Origin: the human T2T-CHM13v2.0 reference genome, Homo sapiens
Strand: one strand, 5' to 3'
DNA length: 64,000 bases
Assembly (NCBI RefSeq): GCF_009914755.1
Contig: NC_060927.1
The number at the start of each line of letters is the position of its first letter. Within the stretch, counting starts at the first letter, position 1. Shown here one piece after another: positions 1 through 14,620 of this stretch. The position numbers were made by a program, and so were the translations under genes. The notes beneath the pieces are model-generated. The model saw only the letters and a list, made by a program, of their open reading frames with translations, was not told the DNA's origin and ran no database searches.

Positions 1-438
1 GTCCATGTTCTAAGCCACAGAATGTTACCTTATATGGCACAAGGGGCTTTGCAGATGTGATTAAGTGTATAAACCTTGAGATGGGGCGATTTTCCCTGTG
101 CCCAATTTAATCATGTGTGTACTTAAAAGTGGAGAAATCTTTCTCAGCGCCAGAGAAACAGAGAGAAGGCAACATGAAGACTCGGCCTGTCATTGCTAGC
201 TTGAAGATGGAGGAAGGGATCTCCAAACCAAGAATGCAGGCAGCCTTGAGAAACTAGCAAATGCAAGTAAATAGATTCTCCCCTAGAGCTTCCAGAAAGG
301 AATGCAGCCCTGCTGGCATATTGATGTCGGCCAAGTGCTACCTGGGCTGGACTTAGGACCTACAGAATAGTAAGATAATTCATGTTAACCCACAAAAACT
401 ATAGCAATTTGTGATAGCAGTGATAGGAAACTAATTTA
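1..438 (+). mobile_element. MaLR solo LTR, MLT1 family (MLT1D/E-like), cut by window start
   Basis: Typical MLT1 blocks: 'tttgcagatgtgattaag', 'gattctcccctagagcttccagaaaggaatgcagccctgctggca', 3' end 'gtgatagcagtgataggaaactaat'. Confidence 0.75.
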
Positions 439-1412
439 CTAGAAGGCATGGCTCATTGGAATATTATCTTTGAACACCAGGTACCACACCTGACCTATAA
501 GAGCCCTTTCTTAGAAGTTCAAAATTACAGGTAAAAAATCAACCTCTTAGGTGAAAAAGATTTAAATCCACAAAAATGTTGGTGGCAGTCTGTTTTCTAC
601 CCTGTGCTCTGTAATTGAAATACTGTATAACACTTACAACTTTTGAAATGAATTAATGATAGCAATGCTAATTGAAAATGAAAACTCTCAGACACTTAAC
701 CTGTTATTTGATCTCCATTGTACAAAAGAGGCTTTATCAATTTACTGGAACAATCAGCCTATGTCTTCCAACAATTAGACCATTTAAATCTAGAGATAGT
801 CATTTGCTTTAATAAGTAAGTTCCTTAGGTAAGAAAGAAATATATACATATGCTTTGGTAGATATAAAATAAGTGTTCAAATGTAACTAACTTTAAGCAG
901 GAACTAGACAGTGTGAACTGGGATATCTGGATAGGGGAGTCTAAGAGACTAAGAAGTTAGGCATCTGAGTTACCCACCTGACCCAAAGGCAACCAGGCTA
1001 TAGCAACACACAGATAACAAGTTGAGGAAAGAAGAAATATTCCGGAGTTTTTTACACAAGTTTTTCTATAAGTCTGGTTATAGGATAGTAAGATAAAAAT
1101 CAGCTGAATTCTCAATATTTAGTTTTTTTTAGTGGTTCTGTTATTCAAACAAACAAAAATTGAAATATAAATTTAAAGAGTGTGGGATTGTCCTGTCTCC
1201 AATCACTACTTTACTCTTCTCCTTCCTACTCAACAGCACTTAACTTCCCCAGAAAATGCATAATGAGATGCTCAAGATTATGTTAGTGGAAAACTGCTTT
1301 TTTAACTTATTTGGAATAAACAATGTTTACCATGAAGATTTTAAAAACTAAGCCAGAGTCTTCCTTTGATACTAACAAAATATTGGTGAACAAAGGAAAA
1401 GCTGTGTTTTAA

Positions 1413-2620
<1,208 letters not shown>

Positions 2621-3234
2621 TGTGCACATCTCTATCCTTCTCATTTAGACAGGGGACAGATACTTAAAAGCCAGGAAAATGTCAGAAAGTTACTTTATTA
2701 AAATAAGCTCAAGTTAGTTTTATAGGCAAGATTAAATTAGTGAAGCTCCTGAGTGATCCAAGAAGATAAAGGAGTTCAAACTTCATAAACTCACTTGTAG
2801 TACTGTTTATTATAGTTATTACACAGCTGAACTTGTTAACTTGTTTTAGTTTCAAAAGAAAAACAAATACATCCCAAGAATCCCTTTATTGATTTTATGC
2901 TCTTCTAGCTTTATTTTTCTAATAAATGTTTTAAAGATTTCTTTTCTACTTTAGTCCTTTAAGAAATATTATATAGAGAGATGAAAAAATATGTCATCAG
3001 AGCTTTTGAAAAAATAATCCCTTTTCTATGACCAACCACTGCCCCAAAAAAGGGTGTTGGTTCCTGTTTCTTTCTATTTCAGTTAATTGCATAAGATAAT
3101 CTCGCTCATCAGAACTGAAAGTCTCAGAGGCAAGAAACATTGACTCCTCTCCTTTCTTTCCCCTCCCACTCCCAGGAACAGTCAATCACTCACATTCAGT
3201 CCACCCCTCCAAGCCTTCTTTTCCATTCCCATTG

Positions 3235-3830
3235 TACTCCAGATTTCAGGTCCTTGTTACCTCTCGCCTGAACTATCACAAAAGCCTCCCAGCTAGTCTC
3301 TGCCTCTGGTCTTTACCTTCTACAATCCATGCCTTCACACAAAGTTAGATTCCTAAAATCCAACCTTGAGGGCAGAGTCTTAAATTCCTAATACCCATAC
3401 TCGATCACTTCCTACAATGGCATCTGTTGTCCACAGAATAAACCACAAATTCTTCATAATAATACAAGCCCCCATAATTTGGGCTCAGTGTCTCCTATCT
3501 CATCCCTCATATTACTCTCCCACTCCCCATTCTCCCTCTCACCTATAGCCTCATCCCTAACAATACCTGAACATACACTGCAATTTTTTACCTTTAATTC
3601 TCTACATAGAATACCTTTCTTCTTTACCTCAGTGTTTTCAAATTCTGTCTTCTCTGTGAAGCTTTGACACTCACCCAAGTTGAAAAAATGTCTCCCACAT
3701 CTATGTACTGAGCTACTTCATTTGTATGTTGGCTACATCCTCCATCACAGGCTGACCTGTGGTATATATGTTTGTGCACCTAAGAACAGGAATTGTACCT
3801 CACTCTCCATAACATAGAGCTTTGCTTATA
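3235..3830 (+). mobile_element. Ancient L2 LINE remnant
   Basis: 'ttacctctcgcctgaactatcacaaaagcctcccagctagtctctgcctc' resembles the L2 SRLDYCNSLL-coding block; highly decayed. Confidence 0.5.
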
Positions 3831-4471
3831 TTAAACTTTGGTCAGTAAACTTTGGTGGAATTGAACTCAAAAGGGCCAAGCTAGAGAAAAAAATGGAGTT
3901 GGGACAAGGGAAGGGATAGTCTACTAAAATGAAAGGTTATTGCAATTTGACAATTTCTAAGTTTATTTATGCCACAAAGAGTTTACCCAATAGCTACTGA
4001 TTAGACCAAAGAAAAACTAATCTCAAACGAAAAGATTAGTGACCAAATCAATTCTATTCTTTCACAATTTTTATTTCAAAATATTCATTCTATTATCCTG
4101 GGACTTTTCCAAGCAAAAACTGAAGGACTGGCTGAAACTGAGTCATGGCAGCCACATGCGTTATCTTTAGCACACACTCCATGGTAATATGACCAGAATC
4201 TTCCACACACATGCTATTAGCCACAGAGAACCTACCAGTGACCCAGTTGCAGTGGCAGGGGTGTGGTTTGAAGGAGCTGGGGCCACTGTATAATGATATT
4301 GACAGTTTCTTAACATCTCCAAAAATATCATACAGGAAATTGATTCTATTTATTAATACCCCTCTGCCAACACCCACCGTGAACCACCCCAATATGCTAA
4401 AAGACAACACCCACACCAGCCAGAAATAAGAAATATCGTGGGTTCTGCCCATGAGTGAGCTATGTCACTAT

Positions 4472-4725
4472 GACATAGTGATGAAGAGAACAGGTTTTGG
4501 ATTTAGATCCTGACCATACCTCTTACTAGCTTGGGAAAATTATGTAAATGATCTGTGTCTCAGTTTCCTCACCTTTTAAATGAATATAATAATAGTCCCT
4601 ACCTTTGTTTCCCTCACTATTGTAAATAACTTATGTATATTACCTAATTTACATATGTAAAATAGGATTATTACTAGCAAGAGTAAGCACTCAATAAATA
4701 TTAGTTTTCATTATTATTATTTTAT
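4472..4725 (+). mobile_element. MIR SINE
   Basis: Core 'tctgtgtctcagtttcctcaccttttaaatg..ataataatagtccctacc' and 3' 'gtaagcactcaataaatattag..attattatt'. Confidence 0.75.
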
Positions 4726-5554
4726 TTACTGGGGACACGTAAAAGAGAATATAACTAAAATCAACAATATAAAGGAGAAAATGGCATAATTCGTATTTTT
4801 ATTGGTAACATCTGCACACAGAATTATGAAGAACCCAAAAAATAAAATAAAATCGAGATCTGTACTCATCAGATTCATCTGGCAAAAGTTCCAAATGTCT
4901 TTATTTATGAAAGTTAATGTATGTCTTTTCAACTCACCCACAAGGAGAGCTCTTAAAATTTAATTGATTATTTTTACGCTTTTCTCCATCAGACTCTAGG
5001 TGGGTTAATATTAGCACCAGATGTTGGCCTGGCACATTCTCCTCCTTCCACCAACAGTCTTTTAGGGAAAAGTGAAGAGGTTAGAGGAGGAAGATAGGGG
5101 TTCACACTCAGTGGTAAATAGGGACAAATGATGAACAGCCAGAACCAGGCAAAAACCCCAAACTGTCACTTAACCATCACTTTCTGAATAATTATGCATT
5201 GATTTTAGTAAACAATAAAATGAAGATGTATTTGAAATTATATGTTTCCAGCAGCACATCATAAGAAGTGGTGATTTAAATTTGGTGCAGTTGAATTTCT
5301 ACTGCTCTTGAGGCTGTATCTCTATGCCCAAATGGTAAAATAATCAACAGATTCCATAAAATAGTATTATAAGAAGTCATTTGATTTCTAGCAAAAAAAA
5401 AAAAATCTTGGCTTTCACAGTGGTATTTGGAAGGCTGTTTTAGAATAAATTTTATTAGTCTGAAAAGGACAGTAAATGAGCATCCCAGCTGTTATTCCAT
5501 GAAATAGAGAAATGAGATTGTCTTTCTTGGGGTTTTTCCCTGCTTCATTATGTA

Positions 5555-5645
5555 TATTTAACTACTTGTTAGTTAAATAACTAACGAGTTATTTAACAAG
5601 TAGTTAAATAACTAACGAGTTATTTAACAAGTAGTTAAATAACTA
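5555..5645. repeat. Palindromic 31-bp tandem repeat (about 2.5 copies) inside a larger fold-back
   Basis: Unit tagttaaataactaacgagttatttaacaag at 5570-5600 and 5601-5631 plus partial copy; each unit has an 11-bp stem gttaaataact/agttatttaac. Confidence 0.95.
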
Positions 5646-5854
5646 CTAATTTAGTCATTCTCAAATTTTAACTTTTAAAGTACATTAACTTTAAAGAGTC
5701 AGACTAGAGGAGAAGGTGGCAGTGTTTCTAAAGGGACAAGATATACTAATACGTTTTATTGATTGTCTTTGCATGTTTGACTTCCAGAACTATTTTTCCA
5801 TTTCTGGAATTCATAATAAAAATGTGTATATCTTCTTAGAAAGCCATTTTTAAA

Positions 5855-6165
5855 ATTATTTATTTTTTTAAATTGACACATAATTGTACATATTTATGGA
5901 GTGCAGGGTGGTTTGGATACATGCATACATTGTGCAATAATCAAATGAGAGTAACATATCCACTACCATATATTTATCATTTCTTTGTAGAAATGATAAA
6001 TGAAAACATTCCAAATCTCCTCTTCTAGCTATTTTGAAATATACAATATTGTTAGCTATAGTCCCCCTATTCTGCAACAAACACCAGAACTTATTCCTCC
6101 TGTTTAACTATAACCTCGTACCTGTTGAGTACTCTCTCTCCATCTCCCTCCACCCACCCACGAAA
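5855..6165 (-). mobile_element. L1MA-type 3' end fragment
   Basis: 'ttttttaaattgacacataattgtacatatttatgg..ctagctattttgaaatatacaat..accagaacttattcctcct' is an antisense L1MA 3' UTR. Confidence 0.8.
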
Positions 6166-6419
6166 ATGCCCATTGATGTTCTACGTGTCTCATAGTCACG
6201 TAATGGTCTCTGCAGTGAAATGAACAATAAAGTAAACTTGTTTGGGACCATGAAATAATTCCGTGTCTTGGTATTATCCATGTGCCAAAAATTAGAGATA
6301 ACTAAACACTTATCAGAAAAAAAAAAAACACACTTGAAAACCGATAGCCCCATTTTTTATGCATTTTCAGAGCTATATAACCTCTATCTCAGAAAGCCAT
6401 AGGAATATGAAGAGTCAAG

Positions 6420-6946
6420 GAATTTATGTTTATAATTTCACTATTACTCAAGTGGATATGAGTTACATTTCCTCCTTGTAAGTATAAGATGTCATAAGTA
6501 TGGAGGTGTGTATCAGGATATAGATTTTTCTCCATGCCTCCTCTGCTGGAAAAGGCAGTTTCTTGTCCATGCAGTCTTTTGATCTCCACTTGGCTGCATA
6601 AGAATGGGCTTTGGGCCTGGAACACCTTCTTATCCAGATATGAAGAGTCCTCACAGCTCAAGCTGGGCTATATCTGTCCTCTGCAGGGAGGAGACAGGGT
6701 CCTTTGTTCTGCAGCACTAGAGGAGTGCATGTGGCCAACGGCCCTGTGTTGGCTGCCAGGAGGGACCTGTGGGACATGGGGGACCAATGCCCACTACTGA
6801 AGCTGATCTTGCTCTCTTTATATGAGTAAAGTATGGTTCCATTTAGTACTTGGCTGTATTGCGTTTTTGTGTTTTTCCTGGTGACTCTGACACCAAGGTG
6901 CAGTGGGCAAAAGTGTTAGACTTCTACTTCTGGTGACAGACAACAC
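6420..6946 (+). mobile_element. Probable old ERVL-class solo LTR (family not assigned)
   Basis: LTR-like layout: TATA-like 'gcataagaa', poly(A)-like 'agtaaa' followed by GT-rich tract, end '..gacaaca'. Confidence 0.4.
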
Positions 6947-8994
6947 ATGCCACTTGCCTATAAAATCCTCATAGTTGGGACTTTCTCTTACTCTCTATGC
7001 TGTGTTTCGCTGTGTTAGAAGGAGCTCGATTCCAGCGTCTTTGAACATGATCCACAAGAAGTTGTTTAAAAACGGTGAGAAGTGAAAGCCCGTTAGTTTC
7101 CTTACTTTCTAATGCCTAATGATATGAAGCTGAGCAATTTATTTATGCTTCGCTGGGTACTTTAATTTTTTTCAGGAGGAAGATATTAAGAAAGATTGTG
7201 AGAGCTAATACAAGCTTGATAGTCTACTTGGGAATGTTTATGAACCATCCCTCTATAAATACAAACATTATATCATAAAAGACATTATTGCTGTGTTGCA
7301 TAAAATAATAAAATGTCTTGAAATCAGTAAAATTTATTATCTGTAAATATTTTCCTAAAAGTAAGGTGCTCAGCCACAACTGTAATGGTGGCCATATGAT
7401 TGTGTTATTGCGAATTTTGTCAGTGAACACTTCAAAACATTCTGATCAGAATTTCATCACAAATGACCTCATATCCTCTCCTCTATTTCTAGGAATGGGA
7501 CACATGTGTGTGGATGTGTTAGGGGCCACGATACAGTACTGTCAGCACATGAGACAGTCTGTGAGTTCATAATTTTACTAAAATGTGATTAACCTTTAGA
7601 AAAATATGGGGAAGAGAACATAGTATTCAGTTTTACCACTGACCTTCTTGTTAAACAGCAAAACACCTCTACATTAGAACTTTAAGTTCCCTCATGAGCT
7701 CATAAACTCCTTCTAAGATGTGGCAATTGTTCTGTGAAGCATATTATGAAACTTTCCAGGGCAAAGTAGCAAAGATATTTCAGTAAGTCAACATCCTTAG
7801 ACATTTCTAGTTGGAAAAATAATTGAAAAAGTCAAGTCCCGCATTGCCAGACTTTACACATGGACTTAAACCTTTCTGCCAATGTCAGAGCTATTTACTG
7901 AAGCTGTGGAATGAAACAATGAAACATATTCCATATCAGAGATGCAACGAATCATCTATGTGTACCTAATGATAAAAATTCTAAATATGATGAAATGCAA
8001 ATTCCAATCCAAAATATAAAAGAGGTATATTTTAAACTACCTTGTCTGATGTATGTTTTAATGTATGATCATTTCATGCAGCAATTCTCAATAAAACATG
8101 GTATTGAGTAGTAATAGATTAGAAAAATAATAAAATACATATTTTCTATCCCCAATGAATTTGCTAAGATTTTTAAAAGTTTTACTCAAATTGTGTTTGT
8201 ACCAAATTCCAAAACACTTCTAGAATAAGTGCCATGTGTTGGTGGGGAAAAAAATCTTTCAGGGAAAAAAAGTCTTCCAGCTTGTAATAAATCTTTTGTG
8301 AATCAATAAATGAAGGAATAAAACCTAAAAATGAAACCTAAAAATATCTGAAACTTAAAAATAAAAAAATAGAATTTTTATATTTGTTCAACTAGTTTAA
8401 AAAGCAGATGTTATAATAACTTATTAATATGTCTCATAACTTTCCTTAGTCTCCCTCCAGAAGCTGTGGAAGAGCTCAAACCAGGGAAGGCAGGGCACAT
8501 GCAGAAGCAAGAGGCAGTGGAGAACCACATCCAGAAAGCCACAGTGTGGAGTCTGAGAAAGTTTCCAAAACCAAGGACGGGAAACAGATACTGTGTTCCA
8601 ATCTAGACTAATTCTAGATCTCTGGAATTGCTAGAGAGTTCAGTGATGAGCAGTCCTGATTCACTGTACCTGGAGGATTTTGGTTGGCAACCCAAATGAA
8701 GGGATAATGATGAGTTAGAAATTTTTGTAGTAACCCCCAATGTATTACTGTTTCCACTATTCAAACAGTAGCACATCATTCTAGAAGGGACCTTAGAATT
8801 CCTACATGTAGTTCAACTGTTAATTTAACAAGTAAATGCACTAAAACTCAGAGAGTCTGGTCAAAAGAAAGCTAAGACTAGAGCCCTGTCTCAGGACCCT
8901 GTTCACTGCTCTTTCCATAATGACAACTGTGATTTCATGTCCATTTACACAGCAAGAAATGAAGAGTGGCTTCCACACATTACCAGTTATACAT

Positions 8995-9359
8995 TGATAT
9001 GGTTTGGCTGTGTCCCCACCCAAATCTCATCCTGAATTGTAGCTCCCATAATTCCCACATGTCATGGGAGGGACCCAGTGGCGGGTAATTGAATCATGGG
9101 GGTGGATCTTTCCTGTGCTCTTCTCATGATAGTGAATAAGTCTCACAAGATCTGATAGTTTTATAAACAGGAGTTCCCCTACACAAGCTCTCTTTGCCTG
9201 TCGCCATGTAAGATGTGACTTTGTTCCTCCTTCACTTTCCACTATGATTGTGAGGCCTCCCTAGCCATGTGGAACTGTGAGTCCATTAAACCTCTTTCCA
9301 TTATAAATTACCCAGTCTCAGATATGTCTTTATTAGCAGTGTGAGAATAGACTAATACG
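8995..9359 (+). mobile_element. THE1 (THE1B/C-like) MaLR solo LTR with 5-bp TSD
   Basis: Starts 'tgatatggtttggctgtgtccccacccaaatctc', ends 'gactaatacg'; TACAT at 8990-8994 and 9360-9364. Confidence 0.95.
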
Positions 9360-10500
9360 TACATCTCTTCTTGTCTGTCCACAACCTGTTCAGGTTCTCT
9401 GATGCCCATAAGTCTTTCTTTGTACTGTAGAGTCAACATTTCCAAATGACCAAAGGTATTGTCATCCACATCTCCTTTTACCATTGCCTCCACTGTAATG
9501 AGTCTTTTCCTTATAAAGGGAGGCACAGCAGCACAGTAAGCTGAATGGAGAACTCTAACTGCGTTAAATACCACCAAGCACTGGCCAGGCCACCAGCCAG
9601 CCACATACCATCCCTTCCAGCACCTGCGATTTTCTGTCTACCCTCTGATCACATTCATAGCAGTCCTTCACCTCACCCAGTCATGGTTCTATTGCAGAAA
9701 CAAATAAGCTACCCTTTTTAAAGAAGCTCCTATAAGAGCTTTGAGAACATATAAATGTTACTTGGTAGTATGACCACTTTATATAATTTACCACCAAAGC
9801 ATACTCAACCCTGAAAAGTGTTTCATGACATTAGCAAAATGTACACCTAAAATGAATGAATCTTAAGATAAAGTTCTTTTTAGGCATGTTTAAAAATTCT
9901 TACTCTAACATGCCCCAGGCCACTAATGCCAAGTTCAATATAATACTTAGAAGTTTTTCCAGATGAATCCATGCTTAAAGTCATTACAGATAATTTGAAA
10001 ATTAAATGGAAATGCAATTTAATCTCATTATTTGTGTTTCTCTCCCTCCCCATTCCTCTCTGACTCCTCTCTGGCACCTCTTCCTCTTGCTTCTGTGGAC
10101 CGGATAACCTCAAGATTATAAAACTATTTAGTGGTTATAAACACTCAATAAAAGCAGCTTTTTTAATGAAGAATTTTACCCTTAACCAGATAGCTACAGT
10201 TGGGTTAATAGCAAATTAAGTTGAGTTGCAAATAATTATATATATGTTAGGCACATTAAAAATTTTTTTTACAACCACTTTGGGTATTGTTTAAAAAAAT
10301 TATTTATTACATAAATTTTCAAAAGGATAGGTAACCAAAAAAAATTACAAAAAATCACTCATAATCCCGGGATTTAGATATACATCTCGATACTTTGAAG
10401 ACCTTCCTCTGCTGTTTTCATGTAGATATCATACATATTGTTTAAAAGCATACTTTTAAAATTTTAACATATCATATATGTTTTTCTGTCATTAAATATT

Positions 10501-11251
10501 TGTATTAGTCGGGGTTCTCCAGAGAGACAGAGCTCTTGAATTGTAGCTCCCATAATTCTGACATGTCATGGGAGGGACCCAGTGGGAGGTAATTGAATCA
10601 TGGGGGCGGACCTTTCCTGTGCTCTTCTCGTGATAGTGAATAAGTCTCATGAGATCTGATGATTTTCTAAAGGGGAGTTCCCCTACACAAGCTCTCTTTG
10701 CCTGACACCATGTAAGATGTATAGATATAGACAGATGTAGTAAGATGTATAGATATAGACAGATGATATGAATACACACACACACACAAGAAGAGATTAG
10801 GGAAATTGGCTCATATGATTATGGAGGCTGGGAAGTCTCATGACAGGCCATCTGCCAGCTGGAGACCCTGAGATGCTTGTAGCATGGCTCAGTCCAAGTC
10901 CCAAAGCCTCAGACTAGAAAAGCCAAATGTCTGAGAACCCAGGGGGCTGTTAGTGTAAGTACCGCAGTTCCAAGGTCAGAGAGGCCAGAGTTCTGATGTC
11001 CTTATTGGCAGGGGCTCCAGGAGACAGAAAGGGGGAATTCAGCTTTCCTCTGCCTTGTTGGTCTATCTGATCCCCCAGTAAATTGAATGGTGCCTGTCCA
11101 CATTAAGGAAGGATCTTTCCCACTCACTCCACCAACTCACATGCCCATCTCCTCTGGAAACAGCATCACAGGCACACCCAGAAGTAATGCTTTATCAGTT
11201 CTTCAGATATTCCTTAATCCAATCAGGTTGACACCTAAAGTAAATCCTCAA
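10501..11251 (-). mobile_element. MLT2 (ERVL) solo LTR, carrying an internal THE1 fragment
   Basis: Ends 'tgtattagtcggggttctccagagagacag' and 'ccaatcaggttgacacctaaa'; internal 'ggaaattggctcatatgattatggaggctgggaagtc'. Flanks look like a split antisense L1ME remnant. Confidence 0.85.
10534..10720 (+). mobile_element. Internal THE1 LTR fragment lacking both termini
   Basis: Aligns directly with 9036-9216 of this window ('tgaattgtagctcccataatt..ccatgtaagatgt'). Confidence 0.9.
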
Positions 11252-11870
11252 ACATTCTTCCATAGCCTTTTTGATACTTACATGATACCTCATTACATAG
11301 ATAATATTATTTTAAATCTAACATGTTTTATTATAAGAAACAACACCGCATTGAATATCCTTATATCTTTGTCACTGTATCTTTCCACATACTTTTCATT
11401 ATTTCCTTAGGAAAAAATAGTGGAAGAATGATGGTTCTGCAAACTCTGAATGCTTCTCATATATATTGCCAAGTTACAATCCAGAAAGGTGTACCAATTT
11501 ATAATCTACCCCAAACTTCATAAATGATCCATAGCTCTGAAAACCCACTTTAAGTTTACAAATGATAAAGAAAAAATTATGGAAACATTTAGAAGGCCCT
11601 TATAAGTACTATTTCAATTAAAATATACCGAATATAATTTATGAACCTAAACTTTTTTATAAGATCATAAGATTTATTTTTATAAAACTGGCTACTTATG
11701 TAAGGTCCCAGACAGACAGACCTAAGAGCTTTAGTAGGTTTTCTATGTTTAAAAAATAAATAAGTTAAGCAAAGCACATATTGCATTCAGCTTTTCAAAT
11801 TGAACATGTTTAGAGATTGCTATAGCTCACAGTATATCCCAGAATCAACATGAATGTTATTTTGCATGCA

Positions 11871-11905
11871 TGTGTGTGTGTGTGTGTGTGTGTTTGTGTG
11901 TGTGT
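11871..11905. repeat. Imperfect (TG)n microsatellite
   Basis: Direct reading. Confidence 0.9.
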
Positions 11906-12859
11906 TTATGTAGCAGGGAGTTAGACTGTCATATTCATTCCCCTTTGATTATATCCCTTGCCAGTTGGCTAAGCTTAAGAAATTCTGAACACAAGTGTTG
12001 CCAGAATTCTACCCCCACAACCTGGCTGACAGCTTTATCAACAACCCTGGAGGGAGAACAGTCTCCAGCCTGTCCTCCCATCTCTGTAGTGCCAACTGCA
12101 GCCTGAATGTTTGGGCTTCAGTGGTAAACAGAAGCAGATAAGCCCCAATGAGCTAAAGTGAGCAGATATTTGTTTTACTAGCAACAAAAACAAATAAGTA
12201 ACTACATAAAACGCAAGCCATGACATTCAGAATGTGCATGCCCTTTTAATGCACTGAAGATTTAAGCAATTAGCAATTTAAACTTAGCAATGAAACTTAA
12301 TGAATATTGTATTCAAAATATCAATAATCACATTGGAAAATAAAATCACCTTCATTAAACAAATACCACCTTTCAACTGTCTAGAAGGTAAATCATAACA
12401 CAAAGAATAAGACAATTAACAGAGCAATGGCTCAGTAACATACATCAAATCCCTCTTCACTGCATGGATAATCAAAGCCAATTTGGACATAACACTAGAG
12501 AAAGGCCCTGCAAAGAATATTGATGCAAATTTATCATTATTCTTTAACTGTTCTTGTTCAATGAAGTCATACTAGTAGTTCCAAATTGCCCCACAAGTTT
12601 CTCTGTTAATCACCCATCAATTACCCAAAAACATTGGCTGGAGGTGACAAGAAGGGAATTATATCAGCTAAGTCCTCCAAGGAGGTAGCTTAGCAGTGCA
12701 GTCTTGGCAGTTTCACTCCAGGGACAGGTCTGTTCCAGAGTCGAGGCTGGTCCAGAAAGATGGAACTAGCTGCTCAGAGGGGCAAGCTAGAAAGTAGTAA
12801 AATATTATTTACCTTTTGGTTATTTAATAATGAGACACTTAAAAATAGATACCCATCAG

Positions 12860-13580
12860 GGTAGCAATGGTTTTTTAATGGAAAATAAAAAGTGTTGGCA
12901 AGGAGGTGGAGAAATTGTAATTCTTGCGTATTGCTAGTGGGAATGTAAAATGACACAGCCACTGAAACATTAAGGTGGCTCCTCAGAAAGTTAAACATAG
13001 AATTACCACATGATTCAGCAATTCTACTTCTGAATATATTCACCCAACTATTGAAAACAAGGACTCAGATATTTATACACCAAAGTTCACAGCAACATTA
13101 TTCACAGTAGCCAAAAACCTGGAAACAACCCAAATGTCTATCAACAGATGAATGGATAAACAAAATGTGGTATGTATACACAATGGAATATTAATGAGCC
13201 TTTAAATGAAATGGCATCATAATACATGTAACAACATGAATGAACCTTGAAAACAGTATGCTAAGTGAAATAAGCCAAACATAAAAGGACAAATAAATTG
13301 TATGATTCCACTATGTGAGGTACCTAGGATAGGCAAATTCATGAAGACAGAAAGTAGATTGGTGGTTACCTGTGGCTAGGGGGAAGGGAGATGGGGAGTT
13401 ACTGTTTAATGAGTACAGTGTTTCTGTCTGGGATAGTGAAAACCTTTAATAGATGGATAGTGGTAATGAGTGCACAGGAATGCAAGTAAGCTTGATGCCA
13501 CTGATTTGTCCACTTTAAATGGCTAAATGGTAAATTTTATGTCATGTATATTTCACCACAATAAAACAATAGAAAAAAAT
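12860..13580 (+). mobile_element. L1MB-type 3' fragment
   Basis: 'aagtgttggcaaggaggtggagaaattg', 'ggaaacaacccaaatgtctatcaacagatgaatggataaacaaaatgtgg', end 'tgtatatttcaccacaataaaa'. Confidence 0.85.
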
Positions 13581-14247
13581 AATCCATTGAACACTTAAAG
13601 AACCTGATCGAAATTTCTGTCTTTTATTCTTCTCTATAAATTGTATGTGGACAATTTTTTACCAACAACAAAAAAGCTAAAAATAGAAATAAGTAGATCT
13701 TAGACAAACACATGTACTTGGAACCATTTTGTTTGTTTTATTTGCTCTATTTTATTATTGCCTGATCTGACACAAAGGATCAGACTCACACAAATCAAGA
13801 TTATAGCCAGTGTCAAGCTTTCATCATGATGTAAAAGAGTCAGGTAATCCAGTAAAAGATTCAGGTTCCAGAAAAGCAGAGAGAAATTGGGGACTTTGAG
13901 AGCAGTTCCCCAGCTCCTTTCGGTTCATGACAGACATGAACTCTCTGGCCCAGAGTGAAAGACGGGGTCCACAATGGAGGTTTTGTGGTGTTATCTCCTA
14001 CCATAAGGGAGCATTTTATGAAACATCTCTGTGTTATACCCCAGCTTTCATGTCATTTTTCAAGGATATCCTGCTAGGAGCATTCTACAGAAAAGACCCT
14101 TCTGCTAACATATTTCATTAGTGTATTTACCTGGAGTCCAGAATCACATTGACTAGGCACCTGCCTTCTTTCCCCCATTCCACTTGGAGCATCCCCCAGA
14201 TAGTTGGGGGGAACTGAGTCAGAGTTCAACTGCATTATTTTTCTCCT

Positions 14248-14620
14248 TGTTATAGACTAACAGTTTATGTCCTCCCAAAATTCATATATTGAAGCCCTAC
14301 CCCCAATATGATGAATTTGGAGGTGAAGACTTGGGAAGTAATTAGGTTTAAATGTAGTCATGAGGGTGAGGCTCCCATGATGAGACTGGTGTCCTTATAC
14401 AAATAGGGAGAGAGACCACAGTGAGCTCTGTCTCCACCATGTGAGGATACAGCAAGAAGGCAGCAACCTGAAAGCTAGTAAGAGGTTTTCACCAGGCACT
14501 GAATCTGCTGGCACCTTGATATTGGAATTCCTAGCCTCCAGAACTGTGAGAAATAAACTTCTCTGGTTTAAGTCACTCAGTCCACAGCATTTCATTATAG
14601 CAGCCCAAGCTGACTGCTCA
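14248..14620 (+). mobile_element. MLT1A-like MaLR solo LTR
   Basis: 'gtcctcccaaaattcatatattgaagcccta', 'gaatctgctggcaccttgatattggaattcctagcctccagaactgtgagaaataaa'. Confidence 0.85.

Noticed and set aside
5570-5645. CRISPR-like palindromic repeat array
   Set aside because: Units are contiguous with no unique spacers, no cas genes, and the context is primate DNA.
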